A stretch of 64,000 nt of DNA from the human T2T-CHM13v2.0 reference genome, Homo sapiens: assembly GCF_009914755.1 (NCBI RefSeq), contig NC_060931.1; one strand, 5' to 3'. The translations under genes were made by a program, and so were the position numbers. Shown here piece after piece: positions 1 to 19,389 of this stretch. The stretch's first letter is position 1, and each line of letters starts with the position of its first letter. The notes beneath the pieces are model-generated. The model had not been told where the DNA came from and did not search any database. It saw only the letters and a program-made list of their open reading frames with translations.

Positions 1-517
1 CAACTTGGTTCCATTCTCCCCGTCACTTTCAGGTACACCAATCAGACGTAGATTTGGTCTTTTCACATAGTCCCATATTTCTTGGAGGCTTTGTTCATTT
101 CTTTTTATTCTTTTTTCTCTAAACTTCTCTTCTCACTTCCTTTCATTCATTTGATCTTCCATCACTGATACCCTTTCTTCCAGTTGATTGAATCGGCTAC
201 TGAGGCTTGTGCATTCGTCACGTAGTTCTCGTGCCGTGGTTTTCAGCTCCATCAGGTCCTTTAAGGACTTCTCTGCATTGGTTATTCTAGTTAGCCATTC
301 GTCTAATCTTTTTTCAAGGTTTTTAACTTCTTTGCCATGGGTTCGAACTTCCTTTAGCTCGGAGTAGTTTCATCGTCTGAAGCCTTCTTCTCTCAACTCG
401 TCAAAGTAATTCTCCATCCAGCTTTGTTCCGTTGCTGGTGAGGAGTTGCATTCCTTTGGAGGAGGAGAGGCTCTCTGATTTTTAGAATTTTCAGTTTTTC
501 TGCTCTGTTTTTTTCCC

Positions 518-519
<2 letters not shown>
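1..519 (-). mobile_element. Inverted 5' segment (ORF1 N-terminal part) of a 5'-inverted L1PA4/5-like LINE-1; continues beyond the window start
   Basis: The reverse complement reads TGGGGAAAAAAAACAGAGCAGAAAAACTG...GAAATATGGGACTATGTGAAAAGACCAAATCTACGTCTGATTGGTGTACCTGAAAG, i.e. L1 ORF1 from its start codon onward. Confidence 0.95.
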
Positions 520-4377
<3,858 letters not shown>

Positions 4378-4732
4378 AAAATTTCTTAACACAATTAAGG
4401 CCATTTATGAAAAGCTCACAGTAACATCATAATCCATGGGGAAGAACTGAAAGCTTTTCCTCTATGACTGGGTACAGGGTAAGAATGCCCACTCTCACTA
4501 TTTCTATTCAGCAAAGTACTAGAAGTACTAGCAAGGGCAATTAAACAAAAATGAAGAAAAAGTCATTCACATTAGAAAATAAGAAGCAAAATTATTTGTT
4601 TTCAGGTGACAAGATTCTATGTGTATGTGGAGAAAACCTAAAGATTCTACAAAAAATTATTATAACTAATATATGACTTCAGTAGACTTGCAGGATACAA
4701 AATCAACATATAAAAATTGGTTGCCTTTCTTT

Positions 4733-5807
4733 TTTTTAAGTTTTATTTTAAGTTCAGGGATACATGTGCAGGTTTGTTACATAGGTAAACTTGTGTCATG
4801 GGAGTTTGTGTACAGATTGTTTCATCACCCAGGTATTACGCCTAGTACCCATTAGTTATTTTTCCTTATCCTCCCCCACCTCTCACCCTCCACCCTTTGA
4901 AAAACCCCAGTGTGTTTTCTTTTCGCTCTATGTGTTCATGTGTTCTCATCATTTAGTCCCCACTTATGAGTGAAAACATGTGGTGTTTGGTTTTTCCGTT
5001 CCTGCATTCGTTTGCTGTGGATAATGGCCTCTAGCTCCATCTATGTCCCTGCAAAGGACATGATCTCATTATTTTTTATGGCTGCATAGTGTTCCATGGT
5101 GTATATGTACCACATTTTCTTTATTCAGTCTGCCACTGATGGGCATTTAGGTTGATTCCATATCTTTGCTATAGTGAATAGTGCTGCAATGAACACACGT
5201 GCATCTGTCTTTATAACAGAATGATTTATACTCCTTTGGGTATATACCCAGTAATGGGATTGCTTGGTCAAGCAGCATTTCTGTCTTTGGGTTTTTGAGG
5301 AATCGCCACACTGTCTTCCACAATGGTTGAACTAATTTACAGTCCCACCAACAGAATATAAGTGTTTCGTTTCTTCACAACCTCGCCAGCATCTGTTATT
5401 TTTTGACTTTTTAATAACTATTCTGTGTGAGATGATATCTTATTGTGGTTTTGATTTGCATTTCTCTAATGATTAGTGATGTTGAGGGTTTTTTCATATG
5501 ATTGTTGACCACATACATGTCTTCTTTTGAGAAGTGTCTATTCGTGTCCTTTGCTTGCTTTTTAATGGGGTTGTTTCTTTCTTGTAAATTTGTTTAAATT
5601 CCTTATAGATGCTGAATATTAGACCTTTGTCAGATGCATAGTTTGCAAAAATTTCTCCCATTCTGTAGATTGTCTAGGTACTCTGCTAATAGTTTCTTTG
5701 CTGTGCAGAAGCTCTTTAGTTTAATTAAATCCCATTTGTCATTTTTTGTTTTTGTTGCAGTTGCTTTTGATGCCTTTGTCATGAAATCTTTGACCGTGCC
5801 TATGTCC
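4733..5807 (-). mobile_element. 5'-truncated L1PA (about L1PA12-16 age) inserted antisense in the L1MA
   Basis: T-tail followed by AAGTTCAGGGATACATGTGCAGGTTTGTTACATAGGTAAAC. TSD TGGTTGCCTTTCTTT (4718-4732) / TGGTTGTCTTTCTTT (5808-5822). Confidence 0.92.
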
Positions 5808-7558
5808 TGGTTGTCTTTCTTTAAACCAACAACAATTTAACTGAAAAAGAAATCAAGAAAACAATTCCATTTGCAATAGCATCAATAAAATACTTAGAAA
5901 TAAATTTAACCAAAGAAGTGAAAGATTTTACACAGAAGGTGGTAAAACATTGATTAAAGAATTTGAAGAAGACACAAATCTTATGTTCATGGATTGGAAT
6001 AATTTATATTGTTAAAATGTCCACACTAACCCAAAGCAACCTACAGATTTCATGTAAACTCTATCAAAATCCCAATGACATTTTCCACAGAAAGAGAAAA
6101 AACAGTTCTTAAATATGTATGGGACTACGAAAAAACCCCCAATAGGTAAAGCAATATTGAGCAAAAAGAACAAAGCTGGAGGCATCAAACTTCCTGATTT
6201 CAAATTATGTTACAAAGCAATAGTAATCAAAAAAATATGGTACTGGCATATAGATAGACATATAAACCAATGGGACAGAATAGCCCAGAAATAAGCCAAA
6301 CCATAAGTGGTCCACTACTTTTTAACAATGACAATGAACATACACAATGGGGGAAGGATAATCTGTTCAATATATGGTGTTGGTAAAACTGGATATTCAC
6401 ATACAAAATAATAAAATTTGGCCCTTTCAACACACACAAAGTAAACTCAAAATAAACACTTAAACATAATACCTGAGATCATAAATTTCTGGAAAAAAAC
6501 ATAGGGGAAAAGCTTCATGACATTGGTCTCGGAAATAAGTTTTTTTTCAATGTGACACAAAACTCTCTTTTTGCAACAAAAGCAAAAATAAATAAGTGGG
6601 ATGATTACAAACTAAAAAGCTTTTGCACAGTAAAGGAAACAATCAACAAAATGACCAGGCAGCCTATAGAGAGAAATATTTTTAAACTGTATATCTAATA
6701 AGGTGTTAATACCCAAGATATATAAGAAATTCACACAACTAAATAGGAAACAAACAAACAAAAACCCCAAATAACTCAATTGAAAAATGGGCAAAGCACT
6801 TGGATAGTCACTTTTCTAAACAGGACATATAAATGGCCAGCAGGGACAGGCAAAGGTGCTCAATATTACTGATAATCAGGGAAATGCAAATCAAAACCAC
6901 AATAAGATACCACCTCATTCCTGTTAGGATGGCAATTATCAAAAAGATGAGAGGTAAGTGTGGGTGAGAATGTGGAGAAAAGATTGTACACTGTTGGTGG
7001 GAATGTAAATTAGTACAATGATTACGGAAAACATTATAGATGCTACTATATGATCCAGCAATCATTCTTCTGAGTACATAACCCCAAAAATGAAATCAGT
7101 ACCTTGAAAAGATGTCTGCACTCCCATGTTCATTGCAACATTATTCACAGTAGCCAAGGCGTGGAAACAACTTATGTGCCCATCAACAGATGAATAGGTA
7201 AATAAATTATGGTATATTATTCAGCCTTAGAAACAAATGAGACTCTGCCATTTGTGACAATATGAATGAACCTGGAGGATATTGTGGTAAGAGAAGCCAG
7301 ACGCAGAAAGAATAACACTGCATGATCTCACTTATGTGCAGAATCTAAAACAGTCAAATTCTTAGAAGCAGAGAGTAGAATGATGGTTCCTCAGAGGGGT
7401 GGGGAGGTGAAGGAAATGAGGAGATATGGTGCAGTTATGTAGGATGAACTTGTGTAGAGGTATAATGTACAATATAATGGCTAAGAGTTGATAATTCTAT
7501 ATTGTGTGCTGGAGATTTTAGGTTTCAAGTGCTCTTACTACAAAAAAACAAAAATGGT

Positions 7559-7777
7559 ACAATGAGATCACTTGGACACAGGGCAGGGAACATCACACAC
7601 TGGGGCCTGTCGAGGGGTGGGGGCTGGGGGAGGGATAGCATTAGGAGAAATACTTAATGTAAATGATTAGTTGATGGGTGCAGCAAACCAACATGGCACA
7701 TGTATACCTATGTATCAAACCTGCACGTTGTGCACATGTACCCTAGAACTTAAAGTATAGTAATAAAAAAAAGAAAA
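7559..7777 (+). mobile_element. L1PA6/7-like 3'UTR-only insertion
   Basis: ACAATGAGATCACTTGGACACAGGG...GTACCCTAGAACTTAAAGTATA plus A-tail, inside an A-rich tract of the L1MA 3'UTR. Confidence 0.92.
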
Positions 7778-9249
7778 TACAAAAAAAGGTAACCGTGTGA
7801 GAAGGCTATGTTAATTTGCTTGACTGTGGTGATCATTTCATATATGTATACGTATACCAAAACATGTCATACACCTTAAATATATACAGATTTTATTTAA
7901 AAGTAGCAAAACACTTAAAGGTCTTTGGGAAGGAAAGAAATGACTAAAAAGCATTAGAGAAATTTAGATTGAAGTTGTGAGAGATAGAAAAGCTGATGTG
8001 AGCAAAACTATAGGCTATATGAAAATAAAAATTCAGAGGAAATGCTGGCCTTTGGAAGACATAGATGCATTATCCTGGGTAGTCACTGAGTTGATGAAAA
8101 TACAGTGGTATTTTGAACTGGATAGCAGGGTATGTAAAGATGATCATGCTTTTTTCTCAGGAAGAATAAGGACAGGACATTGAACATGAGGTGCTTCTGT
8201 TGAGAATTATGTGTGTCCCCTGTTAACCTAGGAGTTTCTGCCCTTACTGAGAACACAGGGCTGCAGAGAGTGGATAATGAGATAGTCATTAGGCTAAACT
8301 CAGCCAATCAAAGACTAGGCAAGAATACTCTTTAAAATTTAAACTACTAATATATACATATGTAACTCTTTTTAAAAAATATTGTGCTTTAGGGAAAATT
8401 TTAACAATGTTTTTGTTTTTCTATCAAAATTCATCTGTCATGAATTCATAGTTGAAATAGCTACATTTAAGATTAGAAATGATCATGCTATTTATTTAGA
8501 TGATCTGCCAATGAAGCCTCATTTAGAGTGTTCTCTAAATGAATGTTTAGAAACCAAAGCAGGTTAGTAAATATTTTCCACTAAAATGTGGGGAATATAT
8601 TTTTTAAAAAACAGAAATCTTATGATATAGCTATAATTGGTCTAGTTTCAGCTAAAGGAAATTGAGATAGAAACATAACAAGTATCTTCCTGTGGACATA
8701 AGAACTTCCCGTGAATAGCAAGTTACCAAAAATGCCAACTAATATGTATTACAGCACACTTCTTATCGTGGAGGTAAAAAAAAATATGAAATTGATCTTC
8801 AAGAGTGAAAGAGTCCCCCGTGAGACTGGAGACTGAAAAATGACCATTTTGTTTGGTATAAAAAGATGACCAGAGACCTCCAAAAATGTTCAAGTAGAGT
8901 GTTGGAAAAATAAGCCACGTGACACTGGCATTAAAGGGTACTAAGAAAAATCAAGACACGTGAGGAAGTCAAGATGAAAGAACAAACTTGTCAAGGAGCT
9001 CTGAGAGTGCGTCTGAGTTTGGCTGGTATAAACTTATAGAGGTTAAGGTCTCCCTGTCTCTCTCTGTGTGTGCGTGTATGTGCATATGCGTGTCAGGAGC
9101 AGAGGGGTTGGAGGAAGCGGTGGTGGTTGGCGCATAGTTTGTGCCTGAAGGGAATAAAGTCCCACGGCTTTTGCATCTTTGAAGTAGCTGACCAAGGGAC
9201 TAGAGTCTTCTTTTGGAAGTAGGGAGACGTATGGAGAGATAGAAAAAAC

Positions 9250-9425
9250 ATGCCTTTGGTGTCAGATAGATCTAGTTTTAATTCTAACTCTTCAGTTTAC
9301 AAGCTTTCTAAATTTAAGCAGGCTACACAGCTTCACTGACTTTCAATTTTCTCCTGGTGAAGTGGAATGAATAATACCTATGAGATAATGTAACAGAAGT
9401 CCCTCCCACATAGCGAGGGTTCATT
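9250..9425 (+). mobile_element. MIR SINE (degenerate)
   Basis: CTTTGGTGTCAGATAGATCTAGTTTTAATTCTAACTCT...AGTGGAATGAATAATACCTA matches the MIR layout. Confidence 0.65.
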
Positions 9426-9445
9426 ATCTTCTAGGTCTTCCCTGA

Positions 9446-9650
9446 CAGCTACTAGACACATGTCACTGTTGGGCACTAGGAATGTAATTAGAATCACATA
9501 TTAACAGGATGATATTTTGAATATATTGAGTTCAATCATTGTTGTTTAAATGAATTTATCTTTTCTCATTTGTTTTCAGTGTGATTACTAGAAAGTTAAA
9601 ATTACCTATGTTGCACTCATTGTATTTTTATTGAATAGTTCTGTTCTAGA
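9446..9650. mobile_element. MER3/MER33-like hAT-Charlie MITE
   Basis: GCTACTAGACACATGTCACTG...GATATTTTGAATATATTGAGTT...CTAGAAAGTTAAAATTAC...TTATTGAATAGTTCTGTTCTAGA. Confidence 0.75.
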
Positions 9651-11189
9651 TATTCTCCTTATTTGGAAGGGGCTGATGATCTTGGTAAACTGTTAAGATG
9701 AAGACAGTGATCAGAGCTCCCAACAACCTTGGGAATAGGCTTAGAGAATGTTGTGGAGTAAACAGATGTGTGAAGGAGATGGCAGAGAAGGAAGGGATTG
9801 GAGTGAGGAGAGGGGATAAATGTTTGAAACAATGATTACAAAAATGCTAACAAATAACGTCATTGACTTCAGCTGGTGAGAGACGCTGCTCTGCACTAGG
9901 GGAGGGGCCGTTGGGTCTCCCTCTCTGAACTGGAAGGAGCTAAAGGTGAGGCTTCTTGGACACTGAAGCTGCTGCATTTGGAGAACACAGAGTGTGTTTG
10001 TGGAGTCCTGAGTTGGCTGCATGTGTTTTACCTTTAGGGTGGGCAAGCTGGCAGCAGGCAGGATACACTGAAGAGATAATGGAAAGGCTACACACGGTAC
10101 AGCATCACCGACAGGGACACTCCCTGGGATCCCACGTCCCGCAATTTCAGTGGCGCGTTCATGTGAGCCCAGGGTCTTACTGGCATAGTTTGTACATTGC
10201 CTTGTAGAGCTGTGTGTCAGTCAGTGGGAAGAGGTTGCATGCGGTTTGCTTTTAACTGCAGTACATGGGGAAACATTTTTTTAAGAGCTTTAAAGAACTG
10301 TGGAAAAATTAGATTATAGAAAATGTAGTGAAAATATCTAATTATGGTTAAAGTTTAAAAGCCTAACTTCAAGGCCAGAGGGAGAGTGAAATTGAGACAA
10401 GAGAAAAAGGTGTACTTTAGACCTAATGCAGTTTGGTTTATAAGCTCAGTTTGAATGTTTACTTCCACGGTATTCAGCATTTTATTGCTTTTTTCTCTCT
10501 CTCTCGGCTTGGAGTCAGTATCATCCTCTCAAGTGCAGATGGCTGGCTTTGGCTTATTTTGCTTTCACCGTGTGGCTGTGTGGAAATCCACTCAGACATT
10601 TCCTCTGAAACCCTCCACCAGCCGCCCCGCCTCTGCTGTCAGCTGGATTTGCCCTGTGAATTAGATCTTTAATTGAACATCCCTTTTTACCTCGGTGGGT
10701 GGGATCTTTGATGCAGAAACTTTTACAGTTGCATTTTTTTTGCTTGAATTTTGGATTTTAGCTTCTGTCTGTGTGGACACTCTACAATATAAAAGCAGTT
10801 TCACAAATAGAATTGAGAGATAAAGTGAAATATTAATACAACCCAGAAGTCTCAGAAGTAATCAAAGTGTACTGTGATAGAGCAAGCATTGGGCACCAAG
10901 AGCAAGGGCAAGAAGATGGAGGAACAGAGCAGCAAACATGATTGGTCCATTAAACGTAGCTGACTCCTATTTGCTTGCTCTTACCAGTTCCACTGATTCT
11001 TTCAGGACCATCTGGGTTAAGTACAAAAGTGTGGCTCTGTGATGGTTTCACCAGCTTCTCTCTCTGAAGCAGAGATTAAAACAGAGAGTTAGGTTTGGAG
11101 CTGCAGCCTTCTGTAGAAGATACCCCAAATGTCCCACCAACAGTGTATCACACTGATTTTCTATGACTGCTGACAGATGCACACACAGC

Positions 11190-13409
<2,220 letters not shown>

Positions 13410-13989
13410 AAAGAATAATGGCCAGGGTTTGATGGACAAGGTGCCTGGGGAATCTGGGTTTTTCTGCCTTAACTCTTCACCTTATTCCTGGTCACATTCT
13501 AGGCATAGCTAGATGGGGTTAGATTTTGGTGTGCACCGTTTGCTAGCCCTTTGCATGTATGAGAATCAAATTTCTTTAGGAAAGAATGAATCTATTATCC
13601 AGAACCCATGAATACAGTATTCTAACCAAGTGAGAAAGAATGATGTACGTATCATGTGTATATAGTGTTTAATATACACAGGTAATCATGGGTGTATCAG
13701 ATGTGGTGTAACCTCCAGAGGTTCGGGTAAATATAGGTGTAGACTCCTAGGCCCTGTTTAGGGGTTAGATCCCTACTGCAGGTTCCAGTGTCCCCCTGGT
13801 ACTTTGAGCCTAGAATGCAGTGATAGGATGGAAAAAATAGTTACAGCCAATCAATTCTTTGGTTCATAGCACTGAAAGGAACTAAGTTGTTGTGGATAAC
13901 AATGATGGCTCGTGAGCGGGACTTCCTGCCTCTTACCACTTGTCGCTTTAATTTTTGGCAAGATGATTCTTATTATGTCTCTATTTTCT

Positions 13990-14160
13990 TTTTGCAGAAT
14001 GGAATAATAATAACTACCCCCTAGACTAATTGTGAGAATTAAATTACTTAATTCATGTACAGTGTTTACTATAATATTGTTACATAGTATTCTCTCAACA
14101 GATAAAATCTATCATTATTATTGTTATTGTTGCAATTATTATTATTACTATCATTATTAA
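13990..14160 (+). mobile_element. MIR 3' half with TTA-rich tail
   Basis: GAATGGAATAATAATAACTACC...TTGTGAGAATTAAAT...ACATAGTATTCTCTCAA. Confidence 0.7.
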
Positions 14161-16045
14161 ATTCTTACTCTCAAGATCCCTGAAGCTACCCAGATTTCTG
14201 TTCTTTTGTGACCCTGTTTTTCTAGGCTTCTTGATGATTCTGCTGTACTTGATATCCTTCTAAAGATTTTTTTTTCTATTTACACTAGTCAGAATCATTT
14301 TTCTTGTTTATTGTAAAAAGATACAGGGGTTTGATCAGGGAGCAAACCCTAATATTAAAATTCTTTCCCACTAAACCTCAAATATTGTTTATTATACTTG
14401 ACTAATGGTTTTCTGTCCTCAGTACAGGAAAATCTTTAGTTTTCCTTTATTTAAAAATCGAATGTAATTCTTCCTGAAGTCACTCATTGTAAATTTTACA
14501 CTTGTCATTCCATTAGTCTTCTATTCCTAGACACTTAAATAGAAAGAAAAGAAACACTGGTAGTAGAAAGCTGAGTCCTAAAATATTCTAGGGGCATTCA
14601 CTGTGGTGGTCACTTTCCAATCTGGAAAAATTAATTCTGGTAAGACTAACTCTAGGATGCACACTTGCTATCCACTTTTTCCTGTTCCTTGTTCATATTT
14701 CTATTTCATAGAACAAATCTCTGCTAAGCCAGAGCTTACTGTAAACTATGGACTTAATAAGAATGATTTCATTGTTTTTTCACACATAGATTTTAAGTCA
14801 TACACGGACTTGTATTTTTGCTAGACTTTATCTCATACTTTTTGGTGTTGCTATTTTCAGTTAGAAAAAAAAGAAGTGCTGTCAATAACAGGAGATAAAC
14901 AGTAAACAGCCGATTTGATTCTGATGGAAGAGACTACTAAGGTAGGAAGGAAATCAAGTGAACACAAGTTTTAAGGTAAAATTAGGATAATTTTAGTGGT
15001 TGTGAATGTTTCTGAGAACACCAGGTATGAAATTTGATTCCATTATCCATTTCTTTCTCTTTCATCATCTTCTCTCAATCTTGGCACTATTCTGTTTTGA
15101 ATTATTTATGCAAATAAATCAGAAATTTTATCCTTTAGTTAACTAAAAATATGTCAGCATTCGAAGTCCATTTAATTTTATATTGGAAATGTAGATCGTA
15201 TAAGTTTTGCTCAAGCTTTTCACTGGGGCTGGAGACAACAGAGCAAATTACCAACCTGGAGACGGAGCATCCCCAGGTTCCAGCTGCTGCCCTGCCATGG
15301 ATTCCCTAGCAGGGGTTCCGTGTGTAACATGTGCATGTACAAGCTGGTATTTGCTTTGAGATTTCATGCTGTCAGCATATTCTTTACTTTGTAGAATTGA
15401 AGAACCATAATCGGGCCTTTATATTGACTTGTGAGCAAATTATTTTCATGTTGTTTTCATTGGCTTTATTATACAGCTTTTCCTGTGAGGTATAACCTAG
15501 GCTCAATTGTTATGCCACATCATCACTAAAAACATCTCTTAAGCATGGCATTTAAAAAATCTAATAATGAATTTTAATTTTCAAATCATGTGGGATTTTA
15601 TTGTCTCAGTTGTAGAAATACAACCTGGTAAACTATCATAGGAGAGAGAAGCAAAAAAAAAAAAAAAAAAAAAACCATCTGTATTTGCATTATTTTAACA
15701 GAAAACTTCCTGACATTTGAACACCATTCAATTTCTTTCTTAATCTTTTGTTTGTATGTTTTTTATATACTGCTAATCATCATCCCAATTCTCTTTATGT
15801 TACCAGGGCTTTTACATTTTCTATTAAATCAGTTTTTCCCAGATAGCAGAGTATTTACAATACTCATTTTTAATTCTTTTGAGTGAATATCCCATATTTA
15901 TTTAACCATTCCTTGATTTTTGGTCACTTATGTTTACCCTTTGATATATAATAGTAAAATAAGGATATTTTACATGTAATTATTCTTCAAAATATGAGTT
16001 ACTTCTGAGAGGTGGAATTAATTATTCAAAGACACGTGTAGTTTA

Positions 16046-16477
16046 TAGCAAAGACTTGGAACCAACCCAAATGCCTATCAATGATAGACTGGATAAAGAA
16101 AATGTGACACATATATACCATGGAATACTATGCAGCCATAAAAAGGGTAAGTTCATGTCGTTTGTAGGGACATGAATGAAGCTGGAAACCGTCATTCTCA
16201 ATAAATTAACAGGAACAGAAAACCAAACACCACATGTTCTCACTCATAAGTGGGAGTTGAACAATGACAACACTTGGATAGAGGGAGGGGGAATATCACA
16301 CATGGAGGCCTGTCGGGGGGTGGGGAGCTGGGGGAGGGATAGCATTAGGAGAAATACCTAATGTAGATGATGGGTTGATGGGTGCAGCAAACCACCATGG
16401 CACATGTATGCCTATGTAACAAACCTGAACGTTCTGCACATGTATCCCAGAATTTGAAGCATAATAAAAATAAAAAG
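16046..16477 (+). mobile_element. L1PA7/8-like 3' end
   Basis: ATAGCAAAGACTTGGAACCAACCCAAATG...GTAGATGATGGGTTGATGGGTGCAGCAAACCACCATGG plus A-rich tail. Confidence 0.92.
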
Positions 16478-16603
16478 TGACATCTAAATGAAACAAAACA
16501 AAGATATGTATAATTTTTTTCTAGATACATACTGCCAATAAATCACAATAATTTATGAAACAATTTTAAACAGTACTTACTTTCCATCTCATTATATATA
16601 ACT

Positions 16604-16606
<3 letters not shown>

Positions 16607-16658
<52 letters not shown>

Positions 16659-16675
16659 ATCTATCTATCTATCTA
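16607..16675. repeat. Tetranucleotide STR (TATC)13 ATC (TATC)3
   Basis: Counted directly. Confidence 0.98.
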
Positions 16676-16759
16676 GTAAGCAATCTCCATGGGGTCTATA
16701 TGTGGAATAAAAGAGGGAGGACAGCCCATCATGTACTTTACTTGTCTCAGGGTGTTCAT

Positions 16760-17870
16760 AATCTTTTGAATTAGATGATATCAACCTCTTTCAATTTTTT
16801 CTCATAATTTTATCTCGACCCTTGTGTTTGCTTGGTTTTCCTCCTACCTTAGAAGCCTCTTCCATCAGGATCAAATCAGCTGGCTTCTGTTTATCGCCTG
16901 GAGCAGCCTAGGGCTCGGTCTTTGGATTCCTTCTCTTCTTGATTATATTTACTTCTTCAGTGATCTCGTGTAGCCTCCTGGCTTTAAATATCATCTACAT
17001 GCACTATTGATATTGATAACATTTCAAATTCATATTAGAATTCTCTACCCAATAGCCAACTCGAATCTCCACTTGGACGAGTAATAGGCATTTCCAAATG
17101 TTCACAACTGAACTTCAGACCATTTTCCCTAAACTGGTCCTCTCACAGCCCTCCCTTAGTTAATGGGTGCAGCACACCAACATGGCACATGTATACGTAT
17201 GTAACAAACCTGCACATTGTGCACATGTACCCTAGAACTTAAAGTATAATAATAATTAAAAAAAAGAAACTCCATTTGCTCATGCCAAGAACCTTGGAGT
17301 AATTGACTCTATTTTGTCACTTCTACCAGGCAAGCGATCCATCAGTCAATCTAATCAGCCCCTCTATGAAAATACATCCAGAGGCTAACAACCATTCATT
17401 ACCTGCTCTGCCATCCCTCTTCTCCAAACCACTGTCATCTCCTGCCTGAAATACTGGACTCTCTCCTATCATCTTTGGCCCCTATAGTTGATCCAAAACA
17501 CAGCTGCCAGCATAACCTTGTTAAAAACCAAGCCAGACGATGTTCATTCTCTGCTCAAAGCTCTCTAGTAGATAATTGTTTTATTTCAAATACAAATGAA
17601 AGACCAATGGCTACCAAGGGCAAACCTTGCAAGACCTCATGTCCTAACACTCTCTTGCCATTCCTATTGGTGACATGCCTGATTCTGTCCTGCTCTCCTC
17701 CAGGGGCTCTTACACATGTGGCTTTTGCCTGGATGCTCATCCCACAGATGTGCACATGACTCTTCCATCAACTCCACGAAGATGAGGGCTTTTGTCTATT
17801 TTGTTCCCTACTGTATCTCTGCTACTTAGAATTACATAGTATGTGCCAAATAAATATTTGTTGAATGTAT
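16760..17870 (+). mobile_element. L2 (L2a-like) LINE 3' portion, interrupted by a tiny L1
   Basis: GGCTTTAAATATCATCTAC, ATCTCCACTTGGA..TAATAGGCAT, AACCTTGGAGT, terminal AATAAATATTTGTTGAATG. Confidence 0.85.
17158..17266 (+). mobile_element. ~110-bp L1PA5-like 3' terminus
   Basis: AGTTAATGGGTGCAGCACACCAACATGGCAC...CCCTAGAACTTAAAGTATAATAAT plus A-tail. Confidence 0.93.
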
Positions 17871-17871
17871 G

Positions 17872-17970
17872 ATAGGGAAACTGTACAGGTTAGGTAACTT
17901 ATTGCAGAGTTCCAACTTAGTACTTGGCAGATTTGGAAATTCAACCTAGGTCTGGCTGAAACCATATTCA
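17872..17970 (-). mobile_element. MIR fragment
   Basis: GGAAACTGTACAGGTTAGGTAACTT...ATTCAACCTAGGTCTG. Confidence 0.6.
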
Positions 17971-18919
17971 TATGACATGAAATAAATGGGAATATTCTCA
18001 CTTTTCTAGTCTCTGAATTTATCTTTTTCTTGAAGCTTTGGTAAAATCACTTGTAAAATCATTTAGGTTAGTGTTTTATTTGTTGGAATATTTAAAGAGT
18101 CAAAGTTTTGTTGCACATTCTGATTATATATTATACCAGGTACACAAGCTTACAATGGTTTTATCTAATTGTCTATGGAGTCTTTCTCATATGTATTGAC
18201 ACTCATATTTACAAATGTACTTTGTCTTACATTCTCTTTTGTTTGCTATGATTATTGCCACAGTAGTATCATTTTGGTTGCATTTGCCTGAATATTTCTT
18301 CATCATTTTACATTGAAACATTTTGTGTTTTTCAAGAAATAACTGGATAACCATACTTGGCAATGGTTACAGGTACAGCCCTTTTCTAGCTTTACAAACA
18401 TTTCTCTTATCCATTTGTATGAGAATATCTTCAGGAGCTAAACCCATGAGTACACATTTTGCAGATTATATTATGAATATTTTAAGTTGAACTCAACACT
18501 GCCAAACTGCTCTCTCGAATGTCTGCACTGGTCTACATTCTCCCCAGCAGAGCAAGCGGGTTTGCATCTATATACATCCATTCCCGCTAATACTTGACAT
18601 TTTCCAGCTCTCTAAATTTTCTAAATTTAATTTGTGTACAACGATGTATCATTTTTGCTGTAATTTGTATTTCTCTGATTTCTGTAGAATTTGAGCACCT
18701 TTTCTTTTTTCTTTTTTTTTAACTTTGAGATTTTATTTTCTGAAAATTATCTTCTTTATCCATTTTTAATGTAGAGTAATTGTTCTCTTATTTTTGCAAG
18801 AGTTTGCTGCCTTTTCGAGATATTAATCCTTTTCACTTCGGGCATTAGAACTATCTTCTCTCAATTTGAAACTTTTCTATAAACCTTGTTGAATGGGCAT
18901 AAAGTTTTAATTATGCAAG

Positions 18920-19198
18920 CTTAATGAGTTCTAGAGATCTGCTGTACAACATAGTGTCTATATTTGACAATATGATATTGTGCACTTTGAAATGTGTTAA
19001 ATGGGTGGAGCTCATATGACGTGTTCTTACCACAAAAACAAACAAAGGGACACAAAGCAATTTTGGGAGATGTTGGATATGTCTGTTACCTTGTGGTGAT
19101 GGCATTATAAGTGCTTGCGTAAGTGCAGACTCATCAAATTAAATATGTGCAGTTCTTCGTATATCAATTATACCTCAATAAAAGTGTTAAAAATAAAG
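18920..19198 (+). mobile_element. L1MB-type 3' end
   Basis: AGTTCTAGAGATCTGCTGTACAACATAG...TCAATTATACCTCAATAAA. Confidence 0.85.
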
Positions 19199-19389
19199 AT
19201 AACATTAATTTTTATATTATCAGATTCACTATTGTCTTGGTTATGTGTACTTTTGAAGTTTTCTTTAATCAGTGTTCTTCCCCTTTATGTTCACAAGTTT
19301 TCTTCTACAATATTTTCTATTAACTTTGAAAATTTACTTTTATACTTGAGTCTTTTTTTAGTTTTTTAAATATAGACTTTATCTTTTAA

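Larger units (their letters stand above)
4378..7900 (+). mobile_element. Old L1MA-type LINE-1 (ORF2 3' half plus 3'UTR); host to younger L1PA insertions
   Basis: Diverged ORF2 at 4380-4730 and 5810-7200; L1MA-like 3'UTR (GAATCTAAAACAGTCAAATTCTTAGAAGCAGAGAGTAGAATG...CACCTTAAATATATACA). Interrupted at 4733-5807 and 7559-7777. Confidence 0.88.

Noticed and set aside
13590-14320. Possible very old ERVL/LTR16-like remnants (also ~31980-32320)
   Set aside because: Similarity too weak to call family or boundaries by eye.
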